64,000 bases of DNA from Chitinivibrionales bacterium (GCA_038247415.1 JBBRUX010000001.1:32001-96000), one strand, 5' to 3'; shown: positions 1-9,687, numbered from the stretch's first letter. Numbers and translations: made by a program. The notes: generated by a model from the letters alone, not told the origin.

Positions 1-656
1 TCCCGCTGTACACAATGATTGGGCGACCCAGCCATGTTATCGCGCAGGTAATCGAATCCGAATTCATTATTAGTACCATAGGTAATGTCGGCATTATATG
101 CTTGTCGGCGTTCGGTCGATCCTGGTTCTGTGAGATCGAGACACCCTACGGTCAAACCTAAATAAGAAAAAACACGACCCATCCACGAAGAGTCGCGACG
201 AGCAAGGTAATCGTTGACCGTAATAACATGTACGCCTTTGCCAGACAATGCATTGAGGTATGCTGCAAGCAGCGCTACCTGGGTTTTTCCTTCACCCGTT
301 TTCATTTCTGAAATTTTGCCCTGATGCAAAGTAATACCACCCATTATTTGCACATCAAAATGGGCCATGTAGAAAATATTCTTGCCCACAGCATCTGTTA
401 GAACGCGCTTTTCACCCAGCACGCGATGCGTTGCCTCACGTACAACCGCAAATGCTTCTGGCAGAAGATCGTCAAGGGTTGTTCCCTGAGCAATCCGTTG
501 CCGAAACTCAATAGTCTTAGCGGCTAATGCTTCATCGGATAAGGCTGCCACCGATTCACGTTGGCCATTCACGGCAACCACAAGAGGCGCCAGTTTTTTA
601 ACATCCCTATCTGTTTTGCTCCCAAAAACTTTTCCAATAATCTCTATCAGTTGCAT
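1..656 (-). CDS. secA: Preprotein translocase subunit SecA (5' part; runs off the window start)
   Basis: Hand translation from ATG 656: [21 protein letters not shown]...[11 protein letters not shown]...HFDVQIMGG...EMKTGEGKT...[15 protein letters not shown] motif ([11 protein letters not shown])...[16 protein letters not shown]. These are canonical SecA motifs. Absent from the ORF track because it has no stop in the window. Confidence 0.98.
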   Translation of the reverse strand, partial: MQLIEIIGKVFGSKTDRDVKKLAPLVVAVNGQRESVAALSDEALAAKTIEFRQRIAQGTTLDDLLPEAFAVVREATHRVLGEKRVLTDAVGKNIFYMAHFDVQIMGGITLHQGKISEMKTGEGKTQVALLAAYLNALSGKGVHVITVNDYLARRDSSWMGRVFSYLGLTVGCLDLTEPGSTERRQAYNADITYGTNNEFGFDYLRDNMAGSPNHCVQR

Positions 657-657
657 G

Positions 658-1245
658 TCATTTCCTGTCTAAAGTACAATCGCGTATTACAATATTTAAA
701 ATGGGCTCATTCTTCAAAATTCTATTAAGCTCTTTTTTGACAAGAGGCGCTAAAACTGCTGGTTTCATCTCCGAGAGCGCTAGCTTCCCCACTGAACCAA
801 CAATCAGACCTCGTAATTCTTCCCTTTTAAAGAGAATCTCCTTGCGTCGGTTCACATCAGAGAATTGACAATCAACATTCATCACTATCGAGAGATCGGG
901 CCGATCGAAAACAACACTGCGAACGGCAGCGAATGTTATGGTTTGCAAAGGCTTTGCGAAAGACATGGTATCGACAATTGAAACAGGCGCAGCCGCAGGG
1001 CCTTGCTCTGGCTTATGCATTACCCCACCCGGCATACTATCAGTGCTCGAAGCGGCTGCGACACTTTGGTTGGCAGGTTTGGTCTTAGGAGTCCATCGCT
1101 GCAAAACACTTTTTAAACCATGCATCGGCAGTGCGTCTCGATTATTATAAACCACAATCCCCGCAAGACAGAGCACTACTACACTGATTATAATTCGCCT
1201 GACACCCTGCTTTTTTTTACTTTGTTCCCATGATGGCTCGTTCAT
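658..1245 (-). CDS. FliL-like membrane-anchored protein
   Basis: Single N-terminal TM ([15 protein letters not shown]), Pro/Ala-rich linker, and a C-terminal REELRGLI...[10 protein letters not shown]...ILNIVIRD pattern resembling the FliL C-domain. Start moved to ATG 1245 to avoid overlap with the PilZ gene. Confidence 0.65.
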   Translation of the reverse strand: MNEPSWEQSKKKQGVRRIIISVVVLCLAGIVVYNNRDALPMHGLKSVLQRWTPKTKPANQSVAAASSTDSMPGGVMHKPEQGPAAAPVSIVDTMSFAKPLQTITFAAVRSVVFDRPDLSIVMNVDCQFSDVNRRKEILFKREELRGLIVGSVGKLALSEMKPAVLAPLVKKELNRILKNEPILNIVIRDCTLDRK

Positions 1246-1252
1246 GCGAAAT

Positions 1253-1585
1253 TTACTCTCGCCCAATTTCACCCACGATACCACATTTTAATTCAACACC
1301 TTTAGAGTAGGCATCGACAAGCGCATTAATGCTTGCATGCATTTCAGGCGATACCTCAATAAATTCTAAACCCACCCGGTAGCCATCTAATCGGGATGTT
1401 GTATGCCGAACAATTGCTTTGCACACGATAGCATTAAGCTTAACGGTTACAAAAGCCCCAACTTCAAGATTTTTTGTGAACAGACACGCAACGCCATGTG
1501 AGCTTAAATCAAAAAAATTCAACTGATTGTCAACCAGATCGATATTCTCGACCCGCTCTTCGACTCGATCAGATTCTGAATTCAT
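1253..1585 (-). CDS. Stand-alone PilZ domain protein (c-di-GMP receptor)
   Basis: RxxxR (RVEER) and DxSxxG (DLSSHG) motifs, plus YRVGLEF near the C-terminus. Confidence 0.85.
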   Translation of the reverse strand: MNSESDRVEERVENIDLVDNQLNFFDLSSHGVACLFTKNLEVGAFVTVKLNAIVCKAIVRHTTSRLDGYRVGLEFIEVSPEMHASINALVDAYSKGVELKCGIVGEIGRE

Positions 1586-1617
1586 AGTCGACTCCTTGTC
1601 GATACATCAGTATTGAT

Positions 1618-2688
1618 TTACGACTGCCCCTCAAATGCGAAGGGGAAGACTACTTCCACAGGCCCGCCCCCGCTTATGGGGGTAAACATCCATCGTTGCA
1701 CAAACCTTACAACCATGTCCTCAAATTCGGGGTTATTCATGGTTGATTTAGCAATGGAAACACTTGCCACAGCGCCGGTTGGCAAAATAGTAAAGCGAAT
1801 TTTTATCTGACCTTTAAGCTCGGGATCTTGCTTAAGCCTATTTTCGTAGATGCGTATAAGCCGAACCTTTTCACGATCGATCACTTTTTGAATAGAGGCC
1901 ATTGAACGTTCTTCGGAAGAAGCAGATTCGCCCTTGATTTCTGGCGGTGCACTACTGGTAATATTAACACTGCCACCAGCTACGATACTTCCTCCCGATG
2001 CGCGACCAATTGCCGATTGACTGAGCACAACACCACTTGTTTTTGCACCTCGACTTTCCTTAATATCGGATGCGCTTATCCCGCGCGAAGCCGCAGCAAA
2101 GGTACCCTTAGATACCTTAAGATTTTGCAAATCGGCTATGCCATCTCCATTTGCAGCCCCCAGTAAATCGTTTACCCTACCACCACCACCGCCGTTTGCG
2201 GTTGCCGTTATTGCAGCAAATATCCCAGTTGATTGTACTTGCGCTGCAACTTGTTGACGAACCGATTCGCGCGTTGCGCTGCTTGCTACCCGACGGGTTT
2301 CTCGCTCTTTGAATGTTTCTTTTTCTCTGTCAACAGGGGCAGCTTCGGCTGGCTTCTCTTCGGTAGTTTGTGCCTGCTCTTGCGCCTTTGGCGTTATTTC
2401 TGTTGGATTTGGAATTTCTTGAGGCTTTGGCACGGGTTGATTAAGCACGATGCTTGCATAACGCTCTTGAAGCTTAAGAATTTGAGCATCGGTCATTACA
2501 TCGGATTGTTTACGAAAAGAAAGAAGATACACCGATAACCCTACAACAAGAAGCGAAATGCCAAAAAGGAGCACAAAACGAGGCTCAACCTTCCCAAATA
2601 GGCGCGACCGTAACTCACGTGGAAAGCTCGTAGGCTGTCCAGCTGCAGCGTTCTGCATGAGAAAAATGCCAGTAGAATCGCTTGCCAT
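1618..2688 (-). CDS. TonB/TolA-like energy transducer, GltG/AgmX-PglI C-terminal domain type
   Basis: N-terminal TM, Pro/Glu-rich then Gly-rich linker, and a C-terminal domain YENRLKQDPELKGQIKIRFTI..G.V...WMF....GGPVEVVFPFAF typical of the AgmX/PglI TonB-C subfamily. Confidence 0.85.
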   Translation of the reverse strand: MASDSTGIFLMQNAAAGQPTSFPRELRSRLFGKVEPRFVLLFGISLLVVGLSVYLLSFRKQSDVMTDAQILKLQERYASIVLNQPVPKPQEIPNPTEITPKAQEQAQTTEEKPAEAAPVDREKETFKERETRRVASSATRESVRQQVAAQVQSTGIFAAITATANGGGGGRVNDLLGAANGDGIADLQNLKVSKGTFAAASRGISASDIKESRGAKTSGVVLSQSAIGRASGGSIVAGGSVNITSSAPPEIKGESASSEERSMASIQKVIDREKVRLIRIYENRLKQDPELKGQIKIRFTILPTGAVASVSIAKSTMNNPEFEDMVVRFVQRWMFTPISGGGPVEVVFPFAFEGQS

Positions 2689-2693
2689 GGCTC

Positions 2694-3194
2694 CTATTTC
2701 CGATATACTACCAGGTTCATATTAGGAAACCCGGCCTGCCCGCAGGTATACATAACACGGGTCAGGATATTATAAGGAATTTCTTCGTCACCCTGAATCG
2801 AAATTTTTCCAGAAAATTCGGTTTTAAACATTGCAGCCGATTTACGCGATTCAACTTCAAATTTTTTAAGAACGTCATACAGCGGCGCAATCATAAAATC
2901 TTTTTGCAGTGTAAGTTGTTCAAAACCTGCAGCGTCAATAACGGTGGCATTTTCTACCATGATAGAATTTTGTGACACCTTTACAGACAATGCTTCCTGC
3001 GCGATTGTTTCGACGCTGGACTTGGGAAGCATAAGCCCTTGCGCAGGAGTAACCATTTGCCCTTGAGACGAATAGTTTTGCAGCAAAAACACAACCATGA
3101 GGGTGAACATGTCAATCATGGAGGTGATATTGAGTTTTACTGTCCCATCACCCTTGCGACGGCCTCTGCCGCGTTGCGTACGAGAACTCGGCAT
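2694..3194 (-). CDS. ExbD/TolR family protein (AglS-like)
   Basis: Basic N-terminus, TM LNITSMIDMFTLMVVFLL with the conserved Asp, and IQGDEEIPY...VMYTCGQAGF motif. Confidence 0.92.
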   Translation of the reverse strand: MPSSRTQRGRGRRKGDGTVKLNITSMIDMFTLMVVFLLQNYSSQGQMVTPAQGLMLPKSSVETIAQEALSVKVSQNSIMVENATVIDAAGFEQLTLQKDFMIAPLYDVLKKFEVESRKSAAMFKTEFSGKISIQGDEEIPYNILTRVMYTCGQAGFPNMNLVVYRK

Positions 3195-4492
3195 TATTGA
3201 ACGATCCCTCCGGCTATCGACACATTCGGAAAGAGCGTAACAACCCCGCCATCGGTTTTAGCCCCGCGGGCAGCATCCATTACTGCAACAACGGTCTGAT
3301 ATTTGATCTTTTCTTCGGCAACAATTTTTATCGATTCATTGTCGGGAAAAGTCGTAGAACCGCTCAAATCTTTTGAAATATACGCCTTGTAAAGTTCTAT
3401 GAGGGTGGCATCGGGCCCCACCGTGAAATACGCTTTGTCAATTTCATAGAGTGCTTTGCGCTTCACCTCGCACAGAGCCTTGTTGAGCGCTTCTAAATCG
3501 TATTTTCCATCCGATAAAAGCGGGATGTCTGGTTCACCAGGAGCCTGGGATCCTGCCTTACTGGCTTCGGTTTTATAATAATGAAAAAGATTAAAACCTT
3601 TGGCAGTAATAACTACTCCAACTTCAAGCTTTGTTTCCAGTGCAGCTACCGAAGACCCGCCACCACCACCACCCGAAGCTTCGGGCAATTTGAGCTCGAT
3701 GCTTCCAATTTTTACAAATTCTGATGAAGTAAGCAACACGGGGATAAGAATAACCATAAGGTTGAGCATGGGCGTAACGTCTGCATCAGCAGCTTCTTCT
3801 TCGCCACTACTGCGCCTGGTGAGTGTGATCTGTTTTTTCTGATTAAACTCGGGTGGATTGAGAATATTGAGAATCGCAACAGCATACCGATCGATCTCAA
3901 CCAGAACAGCATCTACGCGTGCTCGTAAAAAAGCATACGCAACAACGCATAAAACAGAAATCGTCAAGCCAACAAGGGTAGAATTCATTGCCGCAGAAAT
4001 ACCCGCAGCAAGCAATGCAGATTTTTCTGTTGCTTCTATGTTAGGTTGGCTCACTGCAGAAAAAGACATTATCAGACCAAAAACAGTTCCAAGGAGTCCA
4101 AAGAGTGTCGAGACATTCCCAAACATTACCATTATGCCCAAATGTCGTTCGAGGGCTGCATTCATATGGGTAGACTCTTCGGACATTGCCCCCATGACAA
4201 GTTCGGGAGATTCCTTAGACTTTTTTATACCCGAAGCAAGAATGCGCGGAAGAGCCCGTTTTCCCCCTGCGGCACATACCTGATAGGCTCCATCGATATT
4301 TTTTTCGTAGACAAGTTTCTTGACCTTATCAAAAAGTGCCAGAGCATCGTAGTCGGAGTAGGCTCCAATTGCTAGCCATCGTTCGAGGGTAATTAAGGCC
4401 CCAATAATACCAATAACCGCCAGACACCACATGAATATGAAGGCATCATGACTAGGGAAAAAACATTTGGCAAGTTCGGGAAGAAAATCCAT
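3194..4492 (-). CDS. ExbB/TolQ/MotA domain fused to an ExbD/TolR domain
   Basis: First ~210 aa carry STLFGLLGTVFGLI...GISAAMNSTLVGL (ExbB channel helices). The C-terminal half carries DVTPMLNLMVILIPVLL and IVAEEKIKYQTVVAVMDAAR (ExbD). One continuous frame. Confidence 0.9.
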   Translation of the reverse strand: MDFLPELAKCFFPSHDAFIFMWCLAVIGIIGALITLERWLAIGAYSDYDALALFDKVKKLVYEKNIDGAYQVCAAGGKRALPRILASGIKKSKESPELVMGAMSEESTHMNAALERHLGIMVMFGNVSTLFGLLGTVFGLIMSFSAVSQPNIEATEKSALLAAGISAAMNSTLVGLTISVLCVVAYAFLRARVDAVLVEIDRYAVAILNILNPPEFNQKKQITLTRRSSGEEEAADADVTPMLNLMVILIPVLLTSSEFVKIGSIELKLPEASGGGGGGSSVAALETKLEVGVVITAKGFNLFHYYKTEASKAGSQAPGEPDIPLLSDGKYDLEALNKALCEVKRKALYEIDKAYFTVGPDATLIELYKAYISKDLSGSTTFPDNESIKIVAEEKIKYQTVVAVMDAARGAKTDGGVVTLFPNVSIAGGIVQ

Positions 4493-4535
4493 GTGATATC
4501 AGATCCGTTGCGTCATGACAATGTCATGCCGCGTG

Positions 4536-5303
4536 TCAGATGTTTACTTCTTTAATGAGCTTATTGTCGGTAAAAATCTTGATATTATTATGCGTCACAT
4601 GAATACCAACACCTTCTTTAAGCTGTGTTGCTGCAATATGGTATTTATGTGTTTTATACGATTTTTCGACAAGTGCATTAACCACCCGCAATGAGTGCTC
4701 ATCGAGCTCATCGATAATCTTTTGTGTTTTTGCCTTGATAAGAGCAAAAATCATGATTGCTGTAATAGCAACCGAGAGTCCCGAAAATGTTGAATTCATA
4801 GCAGTAGCAATACCAGCAGCCAAAAGCTCGGACTTTTGCGCAGCATCGATACCAGGTCGTCCCACAGCGGCAAACGACATGATAAGACCATACACGGTAC
4901 CAAGCAGCCCGAGCAAGGTTGCAACGTTTCCTATCACGGCGAGATAGCCAGTTCGTTTTTCGAGCTCGGGAATAATTCGGAGCATTCCTTCATCAATCGC
5001 GTTGCGAATTCTATCGGCACCAGAGTTTGCCTCGTCAAGGCCGGCTTTAACAACACCCGACAGTGCCATTTTTCCTGCCTTGCCGCAAATCTTGAGAGCT
5101 CCGGGTATATCGTCTTTTTCGATTGACGAAAGAATATTCTTCATAAAAAGGTCTGCTTTGTAGCCCGAGCGGGACATAAGATACAAAAGCCGTTCAACAG
5201 CAATCGAAAAGCAAAATACGCCTACAACCAAAATCGACCACATAAAAAGAAAGGCATCAGATTTTGGATTAAATGAAGCAAAAAGTTTTCCAACGAATTC
5301 CAT
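4536..5303 (-). CDS. MotA/TolQ/ExbB proton channel protein (AglR-like)
   Basis: ATLLGLLGTVYGLI and GIATAMNSTFSGL motifs; three TM segments. Confidence 0.93.
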   Translation of the reverse strand: MEFVGKLFASFNPKSDAFLFMWSILVVGVFCFSIAVERLLYLMSRSGYKADLFMKNILSSIEKDDIPGALKICGKAGKMALSGVVKAGLDEANSGADRIRNAIDEGMLRIIPELEKRTGYLAVIGNVATLLGLLGTVYGLIMSFAAVGRPGIDAAQKSELLAAGIATAMNSTFSGLSVAITAIMIFALIKAKTQKIIDELDEHSLRVVNALVEKSYKTHKYHIAATQLKEGVGIHVTHNNIKIFTDNKLIKEVNI

Positions 5304-5526
5304 TCGGTTCCTCCGTATTGTTCCACGCTTATATGATCAGATGATCAAAACCGTTATAGTGGCTCGAGACTCAAGGGCTTATTACTCTAAAACATATAAT
5401 AATATATATCAGGTAAAGAATATACTACTTTGGATAGGTAGAAAGCACATGGAAAATACTTTCTCATTGACGCGTTGAATATCTATTATGAAAAAGTATG
5501 CGCAAGCCGGCTAAACCATGACGGAA

Positions 5527-5859
5527 TTAGGGCTGATAATTTGATATGGCTCGACCAGAAAACTGGAAGGCGCCATCATATGAAGATTTCTGCAACACAG
5601 AAGGATCAACAAAATCCACAATATTTCCGCCTTTTCCAAGACTTTGAATAACCATCGGCGCAAACTCGGGACGCTGATCGGCCTTAATGAGCACAAGCTG
5701 AGGGCGACGGATTTTCCCTTCGATTTTCTGCTCTTCAAAAACAAGCTTTTTAACAGACTTACCTGAGGTTGTGGCACCAAGAGCGCCAAAGCTTGCCCCG
5801 AGCATGCTCAAACAGACAAAAAAATATTTAAGCGCAAATTGGTTTTTGGGAAAATTCAT
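5527..5859 (-). CDS. Small exported protein resembling myxobacterial GltF/CglF
   Basis: Signal-peptide-like N-terminus and FEEQKIEGKIRRP motif like the F-x-D/E-x-x-I-x-G-x(4)-P core of GltF. Located directly upstream of the Agl-like genes. Confidence 0.6.
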   Translation of the reverse strand: MNFPKNQFALKYFFVCLSMLGASFGALGATTSGKSVKKLVFEEQKIEGKIRRPQLVLIKADQRPEFAPMVIQSLGKGGNIVDFVDPSVLQKSSYDGAFQFSGRAISNYQP

Positions 5860-6030
5860 GGATCAATCCAAATGAAAATGATCTAGGATTATATTTTTAA
5901 AGTATACATTATGTGCACCTCAATAAATCTATTCAAAAATGACTTTTTTTTACCTTTTCCTCCTAAAATGTCCTTTTAATCTGATCAGGTACCGATTTAT
6001 CAAACTCTGCCAGATTTTTTGCAAGCGGGG

Positions 6031-6681
6031 CTATTTGCAATTCGTCAATTGCTTTCGCAGTACAAAGATTAGCCCTGCAATCCCTACCACAAATGCTCCC
6101 TCAAAGCGAGTAGCGGTTACAAGCATTGCAAGGGCAAGCAACCCAACAATGTGCCGAGTAGAGGGCTTGCGATCATCGGTTTTAATAAAAATAATCCCAA
6201 AGAATATATTTACAAATGCCTAAAGCAAGTGTTCCATACCCGAAAACACATTAGGTAAATAGGGACTTAGGGCAACTATTGCTGCAAGTAAACTAAATCT
6301 CATAAGCGCTGATAGTTTAATGAAGCTAAAAAGCATATCACACAAGAGTAAGAACGCACATCCGAAAAAACAATTGAGCACGAAAGGAAATAGCACCCCA
6401 TCAATCCCAAATCGATACGGCAGAGAAAGTATAAGCGGCCATAAAATTGACGAGGACGCTGAAGAAAACTCCCCCGGGGCAATGCCCCAGATGCCAGAAA
6501 GCGCCACATTTCGAGCTATTGTCAGATGAATATAAGGATCATCGAGCGCGTAAACAAAAATGCCATTGCAAGAGCTTATAATTTTTACATAGAGGTAAAC
6601 CGTGAACAAAAGGAAAATTGTGCACACCGCACCCCATGGAATCCATGAATAGCCTTGACCATTAATTTTTTCAGATGTCAT
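6031..6681 (-). pseudogene. Disrupted multi-pass membrane glycosyltransferase-like (GT-C type) gene
   Basis: DDPYIHL..ARN and SGME motifs. An in-frame TAG at 6220-6222 is followed by a continued hydrophobic frame AFVNIFFG...VTATRFEGAF (TRxEG motif) to a second stop at 6031. The rest of the gene is missing. Confidence 0.8.
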
Positions 6682-6815
6682 GAATTATCCTAAAAAGAAT
6701 GTGCATCTTTCACGCTTGCACTGTATCACTTTACTCAACGAATAGAGCAATCTGCATTTTTTAAAGAAATTAGGTAACTTTCAGCATGCTTGCACCAACA
6801 ACTTTCAATACCAAT

Positions 6816-6841
6816 AAAAAAAGGCGCGAAGATCTCGCGCC
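6816..6841 (-). terminator. Intrinsic terminator after the 6884-7618 gene
   Basis: GGCGCGA-agatc-TCGCGCC hairpin with an A-run to its left (U-tract on the minus strand). Confidence 0.75.
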
Positions 6842-6883
6842 CGCAGGTCCCATCACACTTCCAAATTCAATGTAATTACTTAC

Positions 6884-7618
6884 TTACGGATGCCCACTCA
6901 CACTAAAATAATTATCTGAATAAGCGGTAAGTTCGTTGATATTATGCGAGCCTCCTGGATAGGGCTCATATACCTTTACCATCATACTGTCGCCAATAAA
7001 CTTAACCGTTGACCCAAGGGGAGTAACAGTATCTTTTGCAGCTATTTTAAATGTCCCCAGCGCAAGCTTTGCAACCGAGTCAATCATGGTATAAGATTTA
7101 TAGCTTGTTGAATTGAGATCCCGGGGGTACTGATTCCAATACTCCTCAGAAAAAGGGACATCAAGATAGAATCTACCATTTTTAGAAAACCCAACAACCC
7201 CAGCCGACGAAACAGAGAGATCTTGGAGCCAAGCAACAGTAATAGTATCCTGCCCATAGCGGAAGCTTTCTTTTCCATTGGGAGAAAGAATTCGCATAAA
7301 CTCATGTGCTTTCAAACGGCGGTACTTTACGGACGCAGATTGAACACCTGAGGCTTTCGAAAGTGGAATCTCGGTAGTGTCATAATAAGGATGAACAATC
7401 ACAAGAACATCAGACGATGATTTTCCATCTCCAACAAAAGAATAGCTACCATCCGATTGACTCGTGGTAATTGTTGATGGTGAATTTTTAAGCCAAAGCA
7501 TTGCACCCGCCACCGGTTTATTCAGTTCATTTTTGACTATTCCAGTTAATGGAGCTTCAGGCGAATTTGGCGTGCAAAATGCAAAGAGACCTATGACCAC
7601 AACTAAAAAGCGCTTCAT
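6884..7618 (-). CDS. Putative lipoprotein with a carboxypeptidase-regulatory-like (CarboxypepD_reg) domain
   Basis: MKRFLVVVIGLFAFC signal ending in Cys; LTGIVKNELNKPVAGA...TSQSDGSYSF pattern. Confidence 0.65.
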   Translation of the reverse strand: MKRFLVVVIGLFAFCTPNSPEAPLTGIVKNELNKPVAGAMLWLKNSPSTITTSQSDGSYSFVGDGKSSSDVLVIVHPYYDTTEIPLSKASGVQSASVKYRRLKAHEFMRILSPNGKESFRYGQDTITVAWLQDLSVSSAGVVGFSKNGRFYLDVPFSEEYWNQYPRDLNSTSYKSYTMIDSVAKLALGTFKIAAKDTVTPLGSTVKFIGDSMMVKVYEPYPGGSHNINELTAYSDNYFSVSGHP

Positions 7619-7641
7619 GTTTTACTCCAAGCTCTAAAGTT

Positions 7642-7675
7642 AAAAAAGGGTTTGAAAGCAAATGCCTTCAAACCC
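7642..7675 (-). terminator. Intrinsic terminator after the 7707-9284 gene
   Basis: GGGTTTGAAAGCA-aa-TGCCTTCAAACCC hairpin with an adjacent A-run. Confidence 0.75.
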
Positions 7676-7706
7676 AAACCGATACTACTTAAAATATACT
7701 TAATCT

Positions 7707-9284
7707 TTATCGAGTAGCAGGAACATTCCATTTAACAATAGATGGAACATCTGCACCAGGAATTGCAATCTTTACAAAATAAACACCCTGGCGAACTGCA
7801 GGCAACGACACAAGCATTGCCTTTGCCCCTAAAGCGCCACTATCCCATATTTTTGCACCCAATGCATTAAATACCACTACCTGATTCATTGGCGTATTGG
7901 TACGTACCACATTTTTGTCAAGTGTCAAATAGCGTCCCGCTGCTGCAATTCCTTTAATAGGGACTCTAATTGAAGTTAAGATTGTTGCAGGCTCAGTATA
8001 CCCATCGGTGCTCACCCACAACCAAGGATAGACCATGTTGGTACTATCGGTGATTGTAGTATCAATAGTTTCCATGAGGCGAAGAAGTTTGCCATTATCA
8101 AGATTTACACCATACACAAGCTGACCATTTTGAACCTGATTCCACGCAGTACCAACTTTAAAGAGCCTATTTGGCTGTGCAGAAGCAACTGCATAGAGAG
8201 GATGATTTGACCATTCTGGGTTCCACCATTCAACCTTTTCGTAAATTTCTCCGTTCCCATTGCAACCGTTTGGAGTGGGATTTGTGGTATTTTCGGTGCA
8301 TACATTCAAATCATTAGGGACTGTAATAGCACGAAGGATGTCATTAGGTTTTGCAAAGGTTTTTACGATAAGCCGCTGATGAGCACCCCAACTGCCAAAG
8401 GCTGTCTGAGCTTTTGCTGAACCCAATCCTCCTGTATACATAAGCATTGCTCCAGGAACAACACTGCTAGGCGACATAGATCCGTTGCAGGTATTTGTAG
8501 AAATGAGTGTATCTTTGCCGGCGGGAGTTTTTGCTGCATAGTTACCCAATGAAATAGCAGTATTATTAGGATTGCTAGCATCCAGGATAAAAACATTATC
8601 CCCCGGATATTGGGCCCCTAAATATTTACCATCTTTGGAATATCCCGCGTTGTAGCCACCATCCACCCACACATCCGTAGTAGCGCCAATAACAGGGGTT
8701 CCACTGCTCACATTAACCATTGTTCGCAAAGTTTTTGGCCCACCTATACCATGAGGATACTTTTGATCTACAATTGTTCCGTTGCAAAAGGAATTTGGAT
8801 AGATTACGCCGAACTGATTGTCAGAAGAGTTTTTATAATCAAATCGTGGTGAAAAGCCTGTTGAAGCTACTTGATACGGGGTCGATCCTGCAGCAAGTTT
8901 GACAAACATCACTTTTGCAACCGCAGGTGAAGGGCACAGTTCATTTTCTTGCGCATCGCCCAAACCATCACGGTATACAACCCAATTCCCATCAGGTGCA
9001 ATAACCGGCAAAGCTACATCGCCGGTATTATTGATAAGCTTTTTAATAGTTGGCGAAGTTTCCGAGAAATCGACATAATAGATTGTATTCACATTATTGG
9101 TTTTTTGCACATACACCAACTTAACCTTATTGGTACCAAAAAATTCTTGCACAGAAGCAGGTGTTGCCGCAATTCGAGGACTTATTCCCGCATACGATGT
9201 TGCAAGTAGTCCCATTGCTAGCCCAGCAGAGCACATAATCTCAAATAAACGTTTTCTTTTATTCTTACCGGTTGCGTTGCTCAT
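7707..9284 (-). CDS. Secreted TolB-like/beta-propeller protein with a T9SS-like C-terminal domain
   Basis: Signal peptide; PVIAPDGNWVVY (PD40/TolB-like), NPEWSNHP and YPWLW motifs reminiscent of Fibrobacter paralogous families; C-terminal VFNALGAKI...QGVYFVKI. Confidence 0.65.
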   Translation of the reverse strand: MSNATGKNKRKRLFEIMCSAGLAMGLLATSYAGISPRIAATPASVQEFFGTNKVKLVYVQKTNNVNTIYYVDFSETSPTIKKLINNTGDVALPVIAPDGNWVVYRDGLGDAQENELCPSPAVAKVMFVKLAAGSTPYQVASTGFSPRFDYKNSSDNQFGVIYPNSFCNGTIVDQKYPHGIGGPKTLRTMVNVSSGTPVIGATTDVWVDGGYNAGYSKDGKYLGAQYPGDNVFILDASNPNNTAISLGNYAAKTPAGKDTLISTNTCNGSMSPSSVVPGAMLMYTGGLGSAKAQTAFGSWGAHQRLIVKTFAKPNDILRAITVPNDLNVCTENTTNPTPNGCNGNGEIYEKVEWWNPEWSNHPLYAVASAQPNRLFKVGTAWNQVQNGQLVYGVNLDNGKLLRLMETIDTTITDSTNMVYPWLWVSTDGYTEPATILTSIRVPIKGIAAAGRYLTLDKNVVRTNTPMNQVVVFNALGAKIWDSGALGAKAMLVSLPAVRQGVYFVKIAIPGADVPSIVKWNVPATR

Positions 9285-9583
9285 AAATACCCCTATTTAA
9301 AATGAAAGATACTGTTCGAATTAAAAATTCTCATTTAAAAACTGAAGATGCTATAGTAATTCTTCTACATAAGTCCTCGTCTAAATATACTCGATTTTCC
9401 TTTTAAAAACCACGAATTCCTTTAGGATATTGTTTTGTATATAAATTGTTAGCCCCCTTCTCAAACGTGGCCTTATTTTATTCGTCTAGTTATATAATAC
9501 CTCAAATTAAGCTCTCCTGCCATGACCAAAGATACAAAGTGTTGCGGGTTTGGCAACAGGGCTAGAAATTCTTTCATCATCAC

Positions 9584-9687
9584 AAAAAAAAGGGGTTTGA
9601 AAGCATCTGCCTTTAAACCCTATCAGACACTATTTCCGAATCATGCTTACTTTACCGAGCAACAAGAATATTCCATTTAACAATTGA
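9584..9687 (-). repeat. Degenerate direct-repeat copy of the 3' end plus terminator of the 7707-9284 gene (paralog remnant)
   Basis: Shares GGGTTTGAAAGCA and TTCCATTTAACAAT with 7648-7740 at identical spacing. Encodes SIVKWNILVAR* versus SIVKWNVPATR*. Confidence 0.85.
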
